A stretch of 63,954 nt of DNA, counting the filler, from Rhabdomonas costata (Eukaryota): NCBI GenBank assembly GCA_019059605.1. It is 29 parts of 29 records of this genome, joined end to end, with 100 filler letters (N's around TTAATTAATTAA, not from the genome) between each part and the next. Parts side by side here need not be neighbours in the genome. Positions count along the whole stretch, not along the records: positions 50,815 to 52,923 come from JAHMHO010005592.1; positions 53,024 to 55,130 come from JAHMHO010005593.1; positions 55,231 to 57,337 come from JAHMHO010005594.1; positions 57,438 to 59,542 come from JAHMHO010005595.1; positions 59,643 to 61,748 come from JAHMHO010005596.1; positions 61,849 to 63,954 come from JAHMHO010005597.1; 23 more parts are not named here. The stretch is one strand, 5' to 3'. Positions 50,840 through 63,460 of this stretch are shown here, piece by piece (position 1 is the stretch's first letter; each line of letters starts with the position of its first letter). Under the pieces are notes generated by a model, which did not search any database, was not told the DNA's origin, and saw only the letters and a list, made by a program, of their open reading frames with translations. The position numbers were made by a program, and so were the translations under genes.

Positions 50840-52537
50840 CTGGTGCTGGGATTCGGCTAAGTCCTTCAGGCGCTTCAGCTTGCCCAGCTGCTTCACGTTG
50901 GTCACATCAAGCGCGCTGGCGGGGACCCAGCCCTTGGGGTCCAGCGAGAACACCAGCACCAGCTCCGAGCTGTGATCATCCTTCCTGGATATGATGTAGC
51001 CGTGGCAGTGCAGCTCTCCGCGGATGTAGGGCTTGCGCTCGGGCCGCGCAGGGTGAGTGGTGCTGCGGGTGGCGTGTACCCAGAGGTCAGGAGTGGCGAA
51101 CTGGGCCGTGACGCGGCTCACGAAGTCGCGGCGGGTGACCCCGAGGACAGGGCTGGTGAAGGCCGCGTACACCACGTATTCGTTCTCGCTGACCTGCGCG
51201 ACAAGGGTTTACGGAGGAATGCCGCCTGGAGGTTCTGGAGATAACTGCTTTGGAAATGACAAAGCTGGGAAAATTGGGTGTGATGATAGGTGGGGATTTT
51301 TCGAGAGACAAGGGCTATTTCTCCCTTGTTGAATAATGCTGCCGAAGCAGGCCTGGGGTCTTTTGTACGGCCAGCAGGCCTCCCGAAACGCTGCGTGGCC
51401 GGTCCTTGGGGTCAGAGTTTCCTGACCTTTCACCCTTGGCCGGTGGTGGTGCCCCACAGTTTAACGACGACACCCCCGTCACTCATCAAAACATAAAAAG
51501 CGCCCACAGGAAACGAAACAATTACTAAACACACGCACACACACACACACACACGAGTTCGCCACCCCCCCCCTGCCTTCTCCCAGCGGACCTCCTCGAT
51601 CTTTTCATAGACCTCCATCATGGGGTCAATCTGCAGGAGCGTCTCTGTGCTATCCAGAAGGTTCACCAAATCCCGCACCGAGGCTCGCACGGTAGTGGAG
51701 AACCGGCAGGCTTTAATCGGGGACCACTCCACAAGCTTTGTCTCGTATAGAATCCCTACAGCCATGTGAGACACACCCTCTCCCCTGGAATCAACAGTGT
51801 GTGTGTGAACATCAATGACACACGCAGAAAACCCGTCCAGAACACGGACAGGAAAAAGAATGCCTTTCCCGTAAATGTTTGAATAACATCCCAGGGTAAA
51901 TCATTCGCTTGTGCATCTTTTTCAATGCACCGGACTTTCTATTGCCAAAGATGGAGTGGGTGAGGATGCAGAGCTCACCATACAGCTGCTCCCTGGCAAC
52001 CTTAGAGACCTTAGGAACCTTAGAGATTAGTTGGATCCAAATGAAGTGACCAAATTAAGATGACCACAAATGATGAAGAGCAGAATGAGCCACCTCAAGC
52101 TCTAGCAAGGAGATAAACATGATGAAACAAGCTTTTTTAGTTTCCTGCATTTATTTTCCTCCCACTCATCTTTGTTTTTTCTCTTACTCGATTGCTCGAC
52201 GGGGTGTTGTGTACATGTCTGCCAAAGCCCAGGGGTTAAAATGCAATAGAACCAGTACACTCAAAGGTTGCCTGTGGTCCAGCCTTCCCCAAGGAAAGAA
52301 CTATTGGAAAAGTTTCTGTACTATTGAGAGTGTTGCCAAAGAGAAGATAACCAGTCCCATCTGGCTGTCCACTTATTTTGCCAACAGCAGCCTCCTCAGA
52401 GACGTAATCGAGGTAACGTGGTGGGGTCACGTACCGTCGATCTCCTTCACTACGGCCCAACCCTCCGCCAATTGAATTTGAGGAACCTCCTGCACGTCCG
52501 TAGAGATGGTGCCCGAGTTCGCGGAGACAAGCAGAGG
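50840..52537 (-). CDS. START-domain lipid-binding protein (3 exons, partial)
   Basis: Exons ~52537-52435 (EGWAVVKEID), 51755-51592 (GILYETK...KACRF) and 51193-50840 (SPVLGVTRRDFV...YIRG...LDPKGWVP). Confidence 0.9.
51341..51454 (-). repeat. Dispersed 114-bp repeat, copy 2 (inside START-gene intron)
   Basis: Reverse-complement match to 29945-30058; lies within the intron 51591-51194. Confidence 0.93.
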
Positions 52538-53457
52538 CTGGAAGACAGGGGTGGTTTAAAGAGGACTCAGCGGCGTCCGCAGCGGCAGCCGCAGCCATTG
52601 CTGCGGAAAGCTCCGCGTCTTGAGCTTTCTGAGAAAAAGGAATAAGAGGCGCGCGCAGTTCCTTTGAAAGACATAGACGGAACTTGCACTGATAACAAGC
52701 CACTAGACTCAACAAAATCAACTTGATAGTCGATTGTTCAGTGGAACACGGTCGGATTTATGGTGTGCGCTAACTTGCAGTTATGACACATGCGCCTTTT
52801 ACTTCGAGCAAAAAGCAATATCAGCAAAAAACAGCACAGCACAGTACAAAACAGCACATAACAGCACTGCCATACACACAATTCACACACACAGATCCGC
52901 ACACATTTTTTTGTGCACCTTGGNNNNNNNNNNNNNNNNNNNNNNNNNNNNNNNNNNNNNNNNNNNNTTAATTAATTAANNNNNNNNNNNNNNNNNNNNN
53001 NNNNNNNNNNNNNNNNNNNNNNNTTGTGGGGGGGGGAAAGCTAGGTGTGCTCACCCCCTTTCACACACACACACCCTTCGCTCTCCATCTCTCTATTTCA
53101 TGTTGTGGCGTGTTTCACATCCGCTTAACTTTGCGTGAGCGCGATCCCAGGGGCTTCTCTGGTTTTCATGTTTGGTCACGTTACCTGAGTGAAAATCGAA
53201 GGGCTTATACGTTGCAAACCGTGGCTAAGTTCAAAGCCAGTGTTCATCTCCCGGTGTCAACAACTATTTTCAACTGTCACTTGCGAAAGGAGCCTGCGAT
53301 CGAAAGCTTTGGTCAAATTTGAGAAGCTTTCACTGTTCTTAAGTCGTTAAAGGTTGGAGCGTTGCGGCGTTGTGCTCTGAATCCCAGTGGATCCCTTTTC
53401 CACTTCCTTCGGGCAACGTAAGCTTTGCAGAACACCGTCCCTTCTGTCTTTTCGAAG

Positions 53458-53541
53458 ATCTCCTGAAGGACTCGATGAAGTTCATGATTGAGCAGCTGAA
53501 GCCCACAGACAGGCTCACTGTCGTGGCTTTTGAAGGGATTC
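53458..53541 (+). other. Isolated von Willebrand factor A domain fragment
   Basis: DLLKDSMKFMIEQLKPTDRLTVVAFE matches the vWA alpha1-beta2 segment; no adjoining vWA exons seen. Confidence 0.6.
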
Positions 53542-53680
53542 GGTGCACTTTTGTTGCATTTTGTTTTCGTGTTTGGCGCTTCGTTTCGGTTTTTTCGTTT
53601 CCCGCCCCGCTCGTCATTCGAGTCATCACGACAAGAAGTCAAGCAAGTCCCCAGGAAATCAGTCCACCCCATTGCAGCCT

Positions 53681-54899
53681 ATGGCCCACGCTCAGCAATG
53701 CTCTGGCTTTGCGGGATGCCTGCGGGTTCCGATTCGAGCCTTGTACGTCGCCCTCGCCGTGGTATCTCTTCTAACCGTGGGCGCGATGACCTTTGTCCTC
53801 ACACGCAGCGATGCAGAGGCTGCTCTGTCCCGCGTGGGCCGCAGCTACCGCACCTTGGCTGCCACAGTGGTTGAGAATGAGGTGCTGAGTTACCTTAGCA
53901 TCACGACCGCGGTGACCCGAAAGCTGGCGGAGTACGTGGCCGCCTCGGATATCCGCCCTGGTATGTGTGATTTCAGAAGTTTTTTTTGGTCGACCTTATT
54001 CGAACTCCGTACTTTGTCAATGACGCCTTTCGTAAATCTCTACCTCTACGGGTTCTTTCTGGGACCGGGATTGTGATCTTCGCTGTCGCGGAGTGGTCAT
54101 GGACTTCTGACTTAATACCAGTGACCGGATGTCCACATCGAGAGAAAGTCACGAATGACAGCTGTGGACGTCCCCCGGCGTGTCCTGTGGTCCTGATTTA
54201 GGGTGCATGCGTGTCTCCGTCCAGCCACCTCTGCAAGTGTATCGATTGCAATCCAGTAGCCTGCATTTTTGTATGCTTAATTTTGCACCTTTGCCCCACC
54301 GGGGGCGATCGGCTTTTACAAATTCATTTCTATTTTCGACCCCTCCTACTCAAGCTCCTCATGTCCGTCACCATGCAGGTCTGGTGTTTGTCAAATCGGC
54401 ATTCAGCTGAACCATCCGCCGCAGTAATAAGCTAACGTATTGGCAGCGTTGATTTTCCGCTCCGCCAGATTGTTTCTTTCCAACTGATTGCAAGCAGCCC
54501 CTCGCCCCCACCGCTCATCATAGTTCTTTGAGCTCAATTACTCCTAAACACACGTCATTAGCCGACCCGGCGCCCGAGGACGTGCGCAAGGAGCTCGCGT
54601 TCACCATGGCTGCCCTGGTGGCCCAGGGTCGCGGCCCCACCAGTACCCTGCTGGGTCTTCCTGATGGGCAGTTCCTGGGGATCAACCTCGAAAGCGGCTC
54701 TTCCCCCCTGAAATGGGGCGTCTCCAGCAACCTCTCAGGATACCACCTCGCCAGCTTCCCCGCCACGGCCCCTGCGTACTCGAACTGCACCGTGGGGTCC
54801 GTAGCGTGCCAGTGGAATCTGCTGTGGAAGGAGTCGGAGTGGCGCAGCCGCATCGGGGAGATCAGGGTGATGAACTCTTCTTACAATGCCACCACTCGG
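53681..54899 (+). CDS. Membrane receptor N-terminus with Cache-like sensor (probable receptor cyclase)
   Basis: Exons 53681-53960 (TM helix LYVALAVVSLLTVGAMTFVL plus long helix) and 54562-54899 (LLGLPDGQFLGI...YNATTR, the start of the Cache Y-x-x-x-x-RPWY motif). Confidence 0.7.
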
Positions 54900-57446
54900 G
54901 TGTGTAGGGGTCACTCCTGCGCAATTGTTCTGCAGTTCTTGGCTTGGGGGTTAGGGTCGTGAGTCCTTTTGTGGCATGCCAAGGGTACTATATCGCAGTG
55001 GACACTTTTATTTGGCAAACCACAAAAAGCACCGAAGTGACGAATCTTGTACACTCTGCTCGTGTATTTGCCCTGCCTTATTTTCGGACCCCCACGATAC
55101 ACTTACACACCCACACTAACAAACCCAACCNNNNNNNNNNNNNNNNNNNNNNNNNNNNNNNNNNNNNNNNNNNNTTAATTAATTAANNNNNNNNNNNNNN
55201 NNNNNNNNNNNNNNNNNNNNNNNNNNNNNNGTTGGTGGGGTTGGGCAGAGTTGGACGTTAAGTGAAGGTGACTCAAGGGATTGCAAGTTATTTCTGTGAT
55301 GTCGGAACCCTCGCGACGTTAAATGATGAGATAGGATCTTTCAGCCTTCTCTCGTATGAGTACCAGTCTTCTTTGTCAATCTTATTTTGTAAGTTCATCG
55401 GTGGGTTTTGCCCAATGTTGTATGATTTGGGGATGGGTTATGCGGTTTGGTTGTTCCTCATTGGCCAATGGGTTAAGGGCCATGGCTGTCGGGTTATGTG
55501 GCGGCAAATCAAGTCGGAGGCTTGATCTTGACCACTCCGAGCTTTCGTGGGGTTCGGGTGTTACACGACGCCGCGTTCGGTACACTTGTGCGACTCTCCG
55601 TGCGGTGCTTTTGCGTGGGACTGATAACGTTCCTCACAGCGACAGTGGCCGTGCTAAGAGTGGCACAATCCCTTGCTGAGACGACCCAGTGAGATCCTCC
55701 AGTGAGGGATGCCGAGCTCGGGTGCCTGGCAGTCTGTTTATACATTCGCAGATACCTCTGGAGTGATCAGTGATGTTTGCTTCATTTATCCGGAGGAGTC
55801 AGTTGACATGGACTTTTCACAGGACTCATGCCTTGTTATCTGTTCAGTGAAAGACGGCGCTAAACGATGGAGACTGGTTTGGCATTCAGGGGCGGTTCAG
55901 CACCTGACCACCACATTTCCTAAACTTAACTTACTTTTTCCTCCACTCATTGCAAGCTTTCAAGTATTTTCTTCTCAATGGGGAAAATTGTAAAAATTGA
56001 GGGGGGGGGGATCGAAAAATTTCGGGCCAAGAAATAGTTAAAAAAAAAGGAAACCCTGCATTTCCCTCATGATGGTGTGGTGGTGAAGAGTTTTCATCAA
56101 CCAGACTCTTCAAAAGAATTGCTTTGATTTCGTTGATGTCGGCTGCATCCATTGCTCAATCTCTCTCTTGCCGACACCTCGAAAAGGCTGTACAGGGTTG
56201 AACACATTTATCCCTTGGACGCGGTGTTGTGGCTTCTGGTATCTGTCATTCTTGCTTCATAAAAAAAGACGTCAATGAGGGTCAATGTGCAGATACCCAG
56301 AGGTCTCTATAGAGAACAACGGCGCAAAAGAAAAAAGGGAGGGCGTGATTCTCGGTTTATTTTGTTCCGTTTGGCGCGCTTGCTGCGTTAAGTCTCAGCA
56401 TCCGCATTTCAATTCATGTTCCCCCTTTCTACCCACAACTTGGGTGCTCTGTGGAACCTTTTCTGCAGCTTTCAGTTGTTGTTGACTGTGTGCGCTGAGC
56501 GGTTGAGTACTTTCTCTATCCGCTCTGCGGCGATGCCTTGGCTCTGGTTTCTTCTGGTTTTGGTCAGCCAAACTCCCCGCTGCGTATGCAGAGTGCGCAC
56601 GCACGGCACCCACACAGGCGGCATAGCATCATCGCAGGGCGATATCGAATTGGGCACAGGAAAGGCACTGAAAGTGATGGAAATCTCGATCCGAAGAATC
56701 CGGCTGTTTTCTTTCCACGCAACATCGAACCTTTGCCTTCCCCCCATCCCCACCTCTCCTGTCCTGCTTCACTGCTTCAAATTTTTCTCTCCTCTGCATA
56801 GATTCGTGCATTGCCAGGGCCGGAATGTCACCTGGCCAACGCCACGGATGCTGCACAAGGTTTGTCCGACCAGTTGCCCTTTGACATGATCTCTGCTCTC
56901 TCTGTCTGTGCGCATTTGTTGCACCAACCTCGGAAAACCGCAGCTTTTATTGTACTTAGATCAGATGTGGCTTCTTCGTAGCATTGGTTGCTGTGCCATT
57001 TATTGCGCAGTCAGCACGTTTTCATCAGAGCTATTTTTGTCACATTCTTCAGTTGGATATGTACACTCTCTACCAGGTGTCCCATAACTCTGGGCAGTGG
57101 AATTATTTAATAAAATAAACAGATGACGTATTATGGCTGTTATTATTATATGGGATGTAACACGATATGCCATGCATAGGATATGTGGTGGGGCTGGAGG
57201 TCAGAATGGGAGGAACGAGAGAGAAAACATGAGTGCAGTGGGCGGAATGAAAGATATAAAAACCTTGGTCCAGTTCAGATCACTGTGGAGGAAGGATCCC
57301 CTCCATGTGTCCTATGCATGGCATATCGTGTTACAACNNNNNNNNNNNNNNNNNNNNNNNNNNNNNNNNNNNNNNNNNNNNTTAATTAATTAANNNNNNN
57401 NNNNNNNNNNNNNNNNNNNNNNNNNNNNNNNNNNNNNGTTTTTTTG

Positions 57447-57985
57447 GGGACCTTGCATTGAGGACGTCTCGGCTCATCTGTTTTGCCTGTCTCCCTGGGG
57501 GTGAGTTATTTTCGGTTCAACTCTGCTGCCGTCCCTGTGGCTCGTTCTTCGGAGTCTGAGCAATTGATGACGAAGGAACAGGACAAGAAGACGACAAAGC
57601 GCGATTTTTGAAGCACTGTTAAGGGTCAACAATTCCATATCTGGAACCCCCTTTTCCCCCATTGGTCGATGTTGGCTTTTTAGGAAGCTGTTTTAAAAGC
57701 ATATCATCACGTCACTGCAGCAACAAAGGGTCCGCACAGTTGCAAGGACACCAGTGACGCAAATGCACGAACAAACCAAAATACAACAGACTGAAGTGAC
57801 TGAAACCCTAGGAAGGGAATACAACCAAGACGACAAAATGTGTCCACATGGAGTCGACACGAGGAAAACTCTTGGACTCCCAAAAAACGAGCCACAGGGA
57901 CGGCAGCAGAGTTGAACCGAAAATAACTCACCCCCAGGGAGACAGGCAAAACAGATGAGCCGAGACGTCCTCAATGCAAGGTCCC
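57447..57985. repeat. Perfect inverted repeat at contig start (100-bp arms)
   Basis: 57447-57546 is the reverse complement of 57886-57985. Confidence 0.95.
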
Positions 57986-58893
57986 TAAAAGAGCCGACTA
58001 CATCAATGCCAACAAAGAAAAGAACAACCTGGGGATGAGGGGACCGTTCGCGACGGTGGCAAGGGGTAAAGGGTTTATTGAAGGCTGGGTGACCCATTGT
58101 GAAAACAACATTGGCCACATCGGGGAGGAGGTGCATGGAATTTAGGGGGAGGGGAGAGGTTCACGGTATCCCGTGGTAACAATTTTTACATTTTTTCCAT
58201 GTGAGAATATTAAAAAAAAAGTTGCTAAAGGTCCTCACGTCCCCGCCCCAGCTCTGGCTGCGACGCGAATGGCCTTCGCCCCTAAACTAATGCTATCCTA
58301 CTCGTCCGCCCATATCCCAGCCATAGGCGTGTCCTTAGCCAGCAGTAGTTTTCAGCTTTTAAGCAAAAACAATCATCTAGCCCCCTCGCATAAACATAAA
58401 GTCATTTCGAGAGTTCAAGCTTTCTGTAACCACTGGAAACCGTCCCCCCCCCTTAACTTCGATTGGTCCGCTGGAGGTGAACGCTTTGTAGAGAAACTGC
58501 ACAAGGGCCGAACTTGGTTAAACAGGCCAAAATCAGGGGCACAGCCGTGGTATTTAGGCCAAAATAATGAAGAAAAGAAGCAAATTGCAAGTACACTGAT
58601 GAGTGGGGTGGTAACTGCACATAAAACTTGAGGGTAATCCTCGTCATCGACAATTTCGAAAACACTGACATCCATAAAACGATCACTATTCGACATGCAC
58701 AAGAAATGCTCGTGGGTTGCCTTCAGGTCCAATGCTGTCATTTAATATAAGATGCATTGGCCATGAGGAACACTTTTCCTACATAAGCAATCGAACGATC
58801 ACAAAAAGGGAAGACGCCTCACAGCGCTAAATCCATCGACAAACAATCACGCCCGCATGCGCGCATACACACACGGAGAAAAGGGAGGCCTAC

Positions 58894-59124
58894 CACGGGG
58901 TCATCGCCGTAGAACCAGAACCTCGCGTTGCTGGGGTGGTAGAACCTCCGGTAGAAGTTGGCCATCTCCTCGAAGCTTCCACTGGGAATCGCCACGGGAT
59001 CCCCTCCGCTGTCTTCCCCATAAGTGTTCGCCGGGAAAAGGGCGTGCTGCACGGTACGCAGGTGCGTGGAGAGAGGGTTGGAGTACACCCCCTTCATCTC
59101 GTTGAAGACCACCCCCTTGTAGGT
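58894..59124 (-). CDS. Presequence protease (M16C, PreP/PITRM1/Cym1 family) exon
   Basis: YKGVVFNEMKGVYS...LFPANTYGEDSGGDP...FYRRFYHPSNARFWFYGDDP; CAG acceptor, GT donor. Confidence 0.95.
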
Positions 59125-60409
59125 CTGAGCGAGGGACATACAGCGTTCGGATCCACAAGGCTTTTCACCCCAGCAAGGATAAAACACACCAACATGATTC
59201 AGGCGCGGAGACATTGGTTTACGATGGCGGTTGACAGCTGCGACAAAATTGGGGGATAGGAAACCACCGACTATGATAGAAAGAAAGAAGAAGGGGCTCG
59301 GAATAGAAAGGGGAGGGTTGGGTGGGAGTCCCATCTCAAAGATGTGTGCCAGGGCTGGATACTGCTGTGGAATGGAACAATGGGAGGGATGCAACAGCAC
59401 AAAGAAGCATTGCGGCAGGGACGAAGCACAACCATTAAGAAAACAAAAAGATCACAGGGAAGGTGTCATAGCGGAACTGCAGCCGCCGTATCGGTCTTAG
59501 CGCAAAGGCACCTAAATATTGGAACTGACCCCCACCCCCCACNNNNNNNNNNNNNNNNNNNNNNNNNNNNNNNNNNNNNNNNNNNNTTAATTAATTAANN
59601 NNNNNNNNNNNNNNNNNNNNNNNNNNNNNNNNNNNNNNNNNNTTGTGTTGTGGACCGACGTTGGCAAATATGCGGGAGATCGCAGTCTAAGGGGCACAGA
59701 GCACAGAGTTATTTCAGCGGCGAAGGCCTGTCTGCGAGCGGGCCGCTGGCGCGAGGACCTTGTCTGGGAGAGTGGTGGAGTTTTCGTGGTCATGCGCACT
59801 AAAAGTGGCACATCTATTGTAGGGGGGGGGTGGCCTAGCATGCCAGCAATGTTTCCTGCCAAATCGTTTAACGTTGTTAAAACTCTTAGCACCTCTCCAA
59901 CAAGTTATGATGATGCACTGAGCCCCATCCATGCTGAACGTGCAATCCCATCCTGTTCAACATTTGCTTTTTTAAAGCAGAACGTTGGCCATTTCGCTTG
60001 CATCGCCGTCGTGACACCCTGCGACACGGGGATGCTTGCTTCACACACTTCGACAACCCCTCGCAAAAGGAAAATGGCCAGTCCTGTGGAAGAAGTGTCT
60101 GGCACTTCCTGCAAAAACATCTTAGATCTTGGGCAAGCGGTCATAGGAACGTCACAGCAAACACTTGTTGTGTGTTTCAAGGGCAGCTGGATTGACCAGC
60201 GCCTGATATACAATGATAACGCTTATTCTGTTTCTGCCCTACAGTGTCCTTGCCGCCTCCAACCCCGTTGCCCATTTTTCTTTCTTTTTCTCCGACAAAT
60301 CCCAATGTCGCACTCCTTCAACCCCACCCAGCCTCCCCATGATTCAACTTGCCCAGCAGTGGAATTCCCGGTGTTGGCTTCCGAAGGCCAAGGTCCCTAT
60401 CCACAATCT

Positions 60410-61748
60410 ATGTCCATGGCCTCGGTCTCGGGCATGTTACCCCTCGCCACGCAACGAGCTCTTGGTGCTTCCTCAAATACCATCTGCTGCGCTTCTGGAC
60501 AGAGGTTTGGGGTCCCGCTTTGTGTCAGCCTGATTGTCCCCGCTCTGCTGGTTACGGTGGCCTTCATGGTTGTGCTGTGGCAGACCACTTCGGCGACTAC
60601 TTTGCAGTCTGTAGACTTTCTGGCCGGGCGAGTCTTTGACGTGGTGGAACTTCAGCTCGCCGCGCGGGTGTGCCATCCATCGCATTAGCCACGAAGAGTG
60701 TTCAGTAGACCCCAATGGTCTGACGGAAACGGCACGTTAGTGTTGCGTATTGTCCATTAGTGGTGGAAACAGCGCATACTATTTTGTTATCTCCGGGGAT
60801 TTTATCTCCATTCTCATGAGTGAAATCAATCCGCCTGAGGTTTTTCTAGCGCTTTCAGATTGCCCTTGGCAAATGTTTCTCGTTTTGCTGGGGGGGGGGC
60901 TCACCCACCCTAGCTTTTTCCTCTGGAGATGGGAGGCCTGCATGCCCTCGAGAATGGGGGTGTAATTAATTTAAGTCGAGACTTGAATCTCAGGTGTTGA
61001 GGTTTTCTGGTATCACTGGTAACCGTTGCCGGTGGTGGCAGAAAACCGGCTTAATTTTTTGCTCCATTACCTAATAACGGACGCGTAACCTATCCCAATA
61101 CTCTCGCAATGACTTTATTTTTGTGTGAGGGGGTTAGGAAAGGTTTGCCCGTGCCCCCTCGATGACCTTTTGTTGCTCATAATAAAAGCTTTACCGCCAC
61201 CGTAACCACTGGTGACCGGTACCACTCTTTTGGGGGTCTTTACATAGGCGTGGAAGGACCCTTATGAGCCTTTATAAGGGTCCTTTTCAGCCCTGCATAC
61301 CGTATTACTGAGCGTAAGCTTTCGGCCGGGCTTGCTAAGCTTGAGGGCATGGCCCAGTAATACTTCGTGCTGGCACCCGAGTGGGCCGCAACCCTGCCCT
61401 AGTGGTATTTTTTATTGGAGTGGAGGGGTTTTCGTCCCTTTTCAGGACTTTCCCAATAGAACGTTTCGGGCGTTTTCAGGCCTATAGTCTGAAGTTCAGC
61501 TTTCGGACGTGAATGCATGCCATGTCCAAGCGTCGACCTCATGAGTACTTCCTGCTCGCCTCCGAATGGGGCTGGATCGCCTGGAACTTTTGCTTGTCTC
61601 CAAAAGAGAATCCATTGCTAGTCTGCACTCAGCAGCGAAAATGCGCAGACAGAGGTCGTTGCTCCTATCTGCTGGTGCTTGTTTTGATTTGCTTCTCCGT
61701 TTTGCTCACGCAGGTCGGTATACTGACCCGTGGGAGCAAAACAAAAAA
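60410..61748 (+). CDS. Membrane receptor N-terminus (probable receptor cyclase paralogue)
   Basis: Exon to 60667 (GVPLCVSLIVPALLVTVAFMVVLWQTTSATTLQSVDFLAGRVF) has the same layout as the 53681 gene; phase-0 exon from 61714. Start codon uncertain. Confidence 0.55.
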
Positions 61749-63228
61749 NNNNNNNNNNNNNNNNNNNNNNNNNNNNNNNNNNNNNNNNNNNNTTAATTAA
61801 TTAANNNNNNNNNNNNNNNNNNNNNNNNNNNNNNNNNNNNNNNNNNNNTTGTTGTTTGTGGAGATAGGGATTCAGACCCATCCTGTAGCCTTACCATCGC
61901 TTGTGATGATCTGGGTGACCCACAGTCCCCATGCGGACCGAAAGAGAGCATGGCGACCAGAGCTGCCTTGTGAAGCAAACTGATAGTATCATTTCGCGAT
62001 GGACACTTATGGCAAACTTCTGGCGCAAGTTTTTGTGAACTTTTTACCAAGAATAAAACACTTCGTGGGTTTTTCGGGTGTGTGTGTGTGTGTGTGAAAA
62101 ATCTCTCCTGTGACGCAAACGGCTGAGACATCTTTTTCTGAGAATTATACTCCGAAATCAATCCAGCTCACTCGGGTCACATGACCATGATTGTGTCGTC
62201 TTTTTGACTTAAATCCGTTTTAAAAAAGGGCTCATATTCAACATTTGACCCACAGTTTGGGAGTTCTGGAGAAGACTCAGAATTGTCGGAAAGCAGATGC
62301 ATAATGCATACCAGGAAGCCTGACTTCTTTGTTGTTATGCAATATTGTCGTTTTTGGGTATTCCGCGATGTTCAGATGCCATTCGGTGTTCGGTGCGGGC
62401 CCGCAGCCGCAGCGTTCTTTTTGAGCCTCTCATTTCAGACATGACGTGATATGGACATTCCGGCCGTGAAACCACTGAAATACTCTCACCAATAGCCACT
62501 AAACATGATCACACATCAGTTACACCAGTAGTAAAAGGCAAATCTCTGCAATTTGCAGCGCAGCCAGAGCCACAGGACAATGCAGAGAACAATCACACAA
62601 TTCAGAAAGGCGGTGAACCGGAGTAACCGTGGACGGGATACCAGATGGATACTTAGTTCCCACGAGTATCGTTGCCAAAAACGAGAATTGAAAAGTGGAG
62701 CCAGAAAAACGATGCCCAACTCCAGCACCACCTGAACCTTACCTCACATCCATTCAGGGATCGTGCAATGAGGCGAAACAGTTTCAACCTCTCATTCCCA
62801 CAATACACCCATTCATTCCCACCGCATCGCCCCGCGCACTGCATCGTGGCATGGGTGGAGAGACAACGACTTTCTGGATCCCTGGCAAACAGGTCGGTCA
62901 ACGGTCGGCCGCGGGAGCCGAAAAAGCTTGCACAGCCTCTCTGCATAATCCCTCTGACCTGTCTCAATCTCGGGATCATTCATAGCTCGTACGGCACACA
63001 GCCACTGCTTTCTTCAGTTCGCAAGGCAGGCTTTAGAGCATTTCATTCATTCAGGTCTAGGGCAGCTCCAAATCCCCGCACCAGCCATAAGTCCAAGGCA
63101 TCAAAGACAAATTCCTAAGAAATACGGCCAGGAATTCATTTCGGAAGTGAAATCGAGCGAGCAAGTCACCAGCGGAGTGCATGGCATTCTTGAAGGTGGC
63201 GGAGTGTCACCTCCATCACCACGCACCG

Positions 63229-63460
63229 TCAGCCCTTCAATCGGGGTGCAGATCCCGGCACGGGACGGGCCGAGCACCGCGAGTCCGCCGAGATCAGGTC
63301 AGGCCGGGAGAACACTGCCCGGTAGCTTGGTTTCAGGTTTTCGCTGCATAGCCAATCTGTGCTGTTCTGAGGAACGGAGGCGGAGAAACGCTTCGCAGGG
63401 TGGTGAAAAATCCGCGGAGGGGTACCCACGCACCAGCTGTGGCGGTGGTTTATCAACCAC
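63229..63460 (-). CDS. Possible terminal exon, hypothetical protein
   Basis: CAG acceptor, then a GC-rich frame WLINHRHSW...RLKG*. Confidence 0.3.

Noticed and set aside
55231..57337. Possible Cache-domain exon GAWQSVYTFADTSGVIS and other short frames
   Set aside because: Too short, with no phase-compatible neighbouring exons.
59645..60688. 347-aa ORF as a single CDS
   Set aside because: Only the last ~85 codons look like a TM receptor exon and end at a GT donor; the upstream part has no recognisable coding signal.
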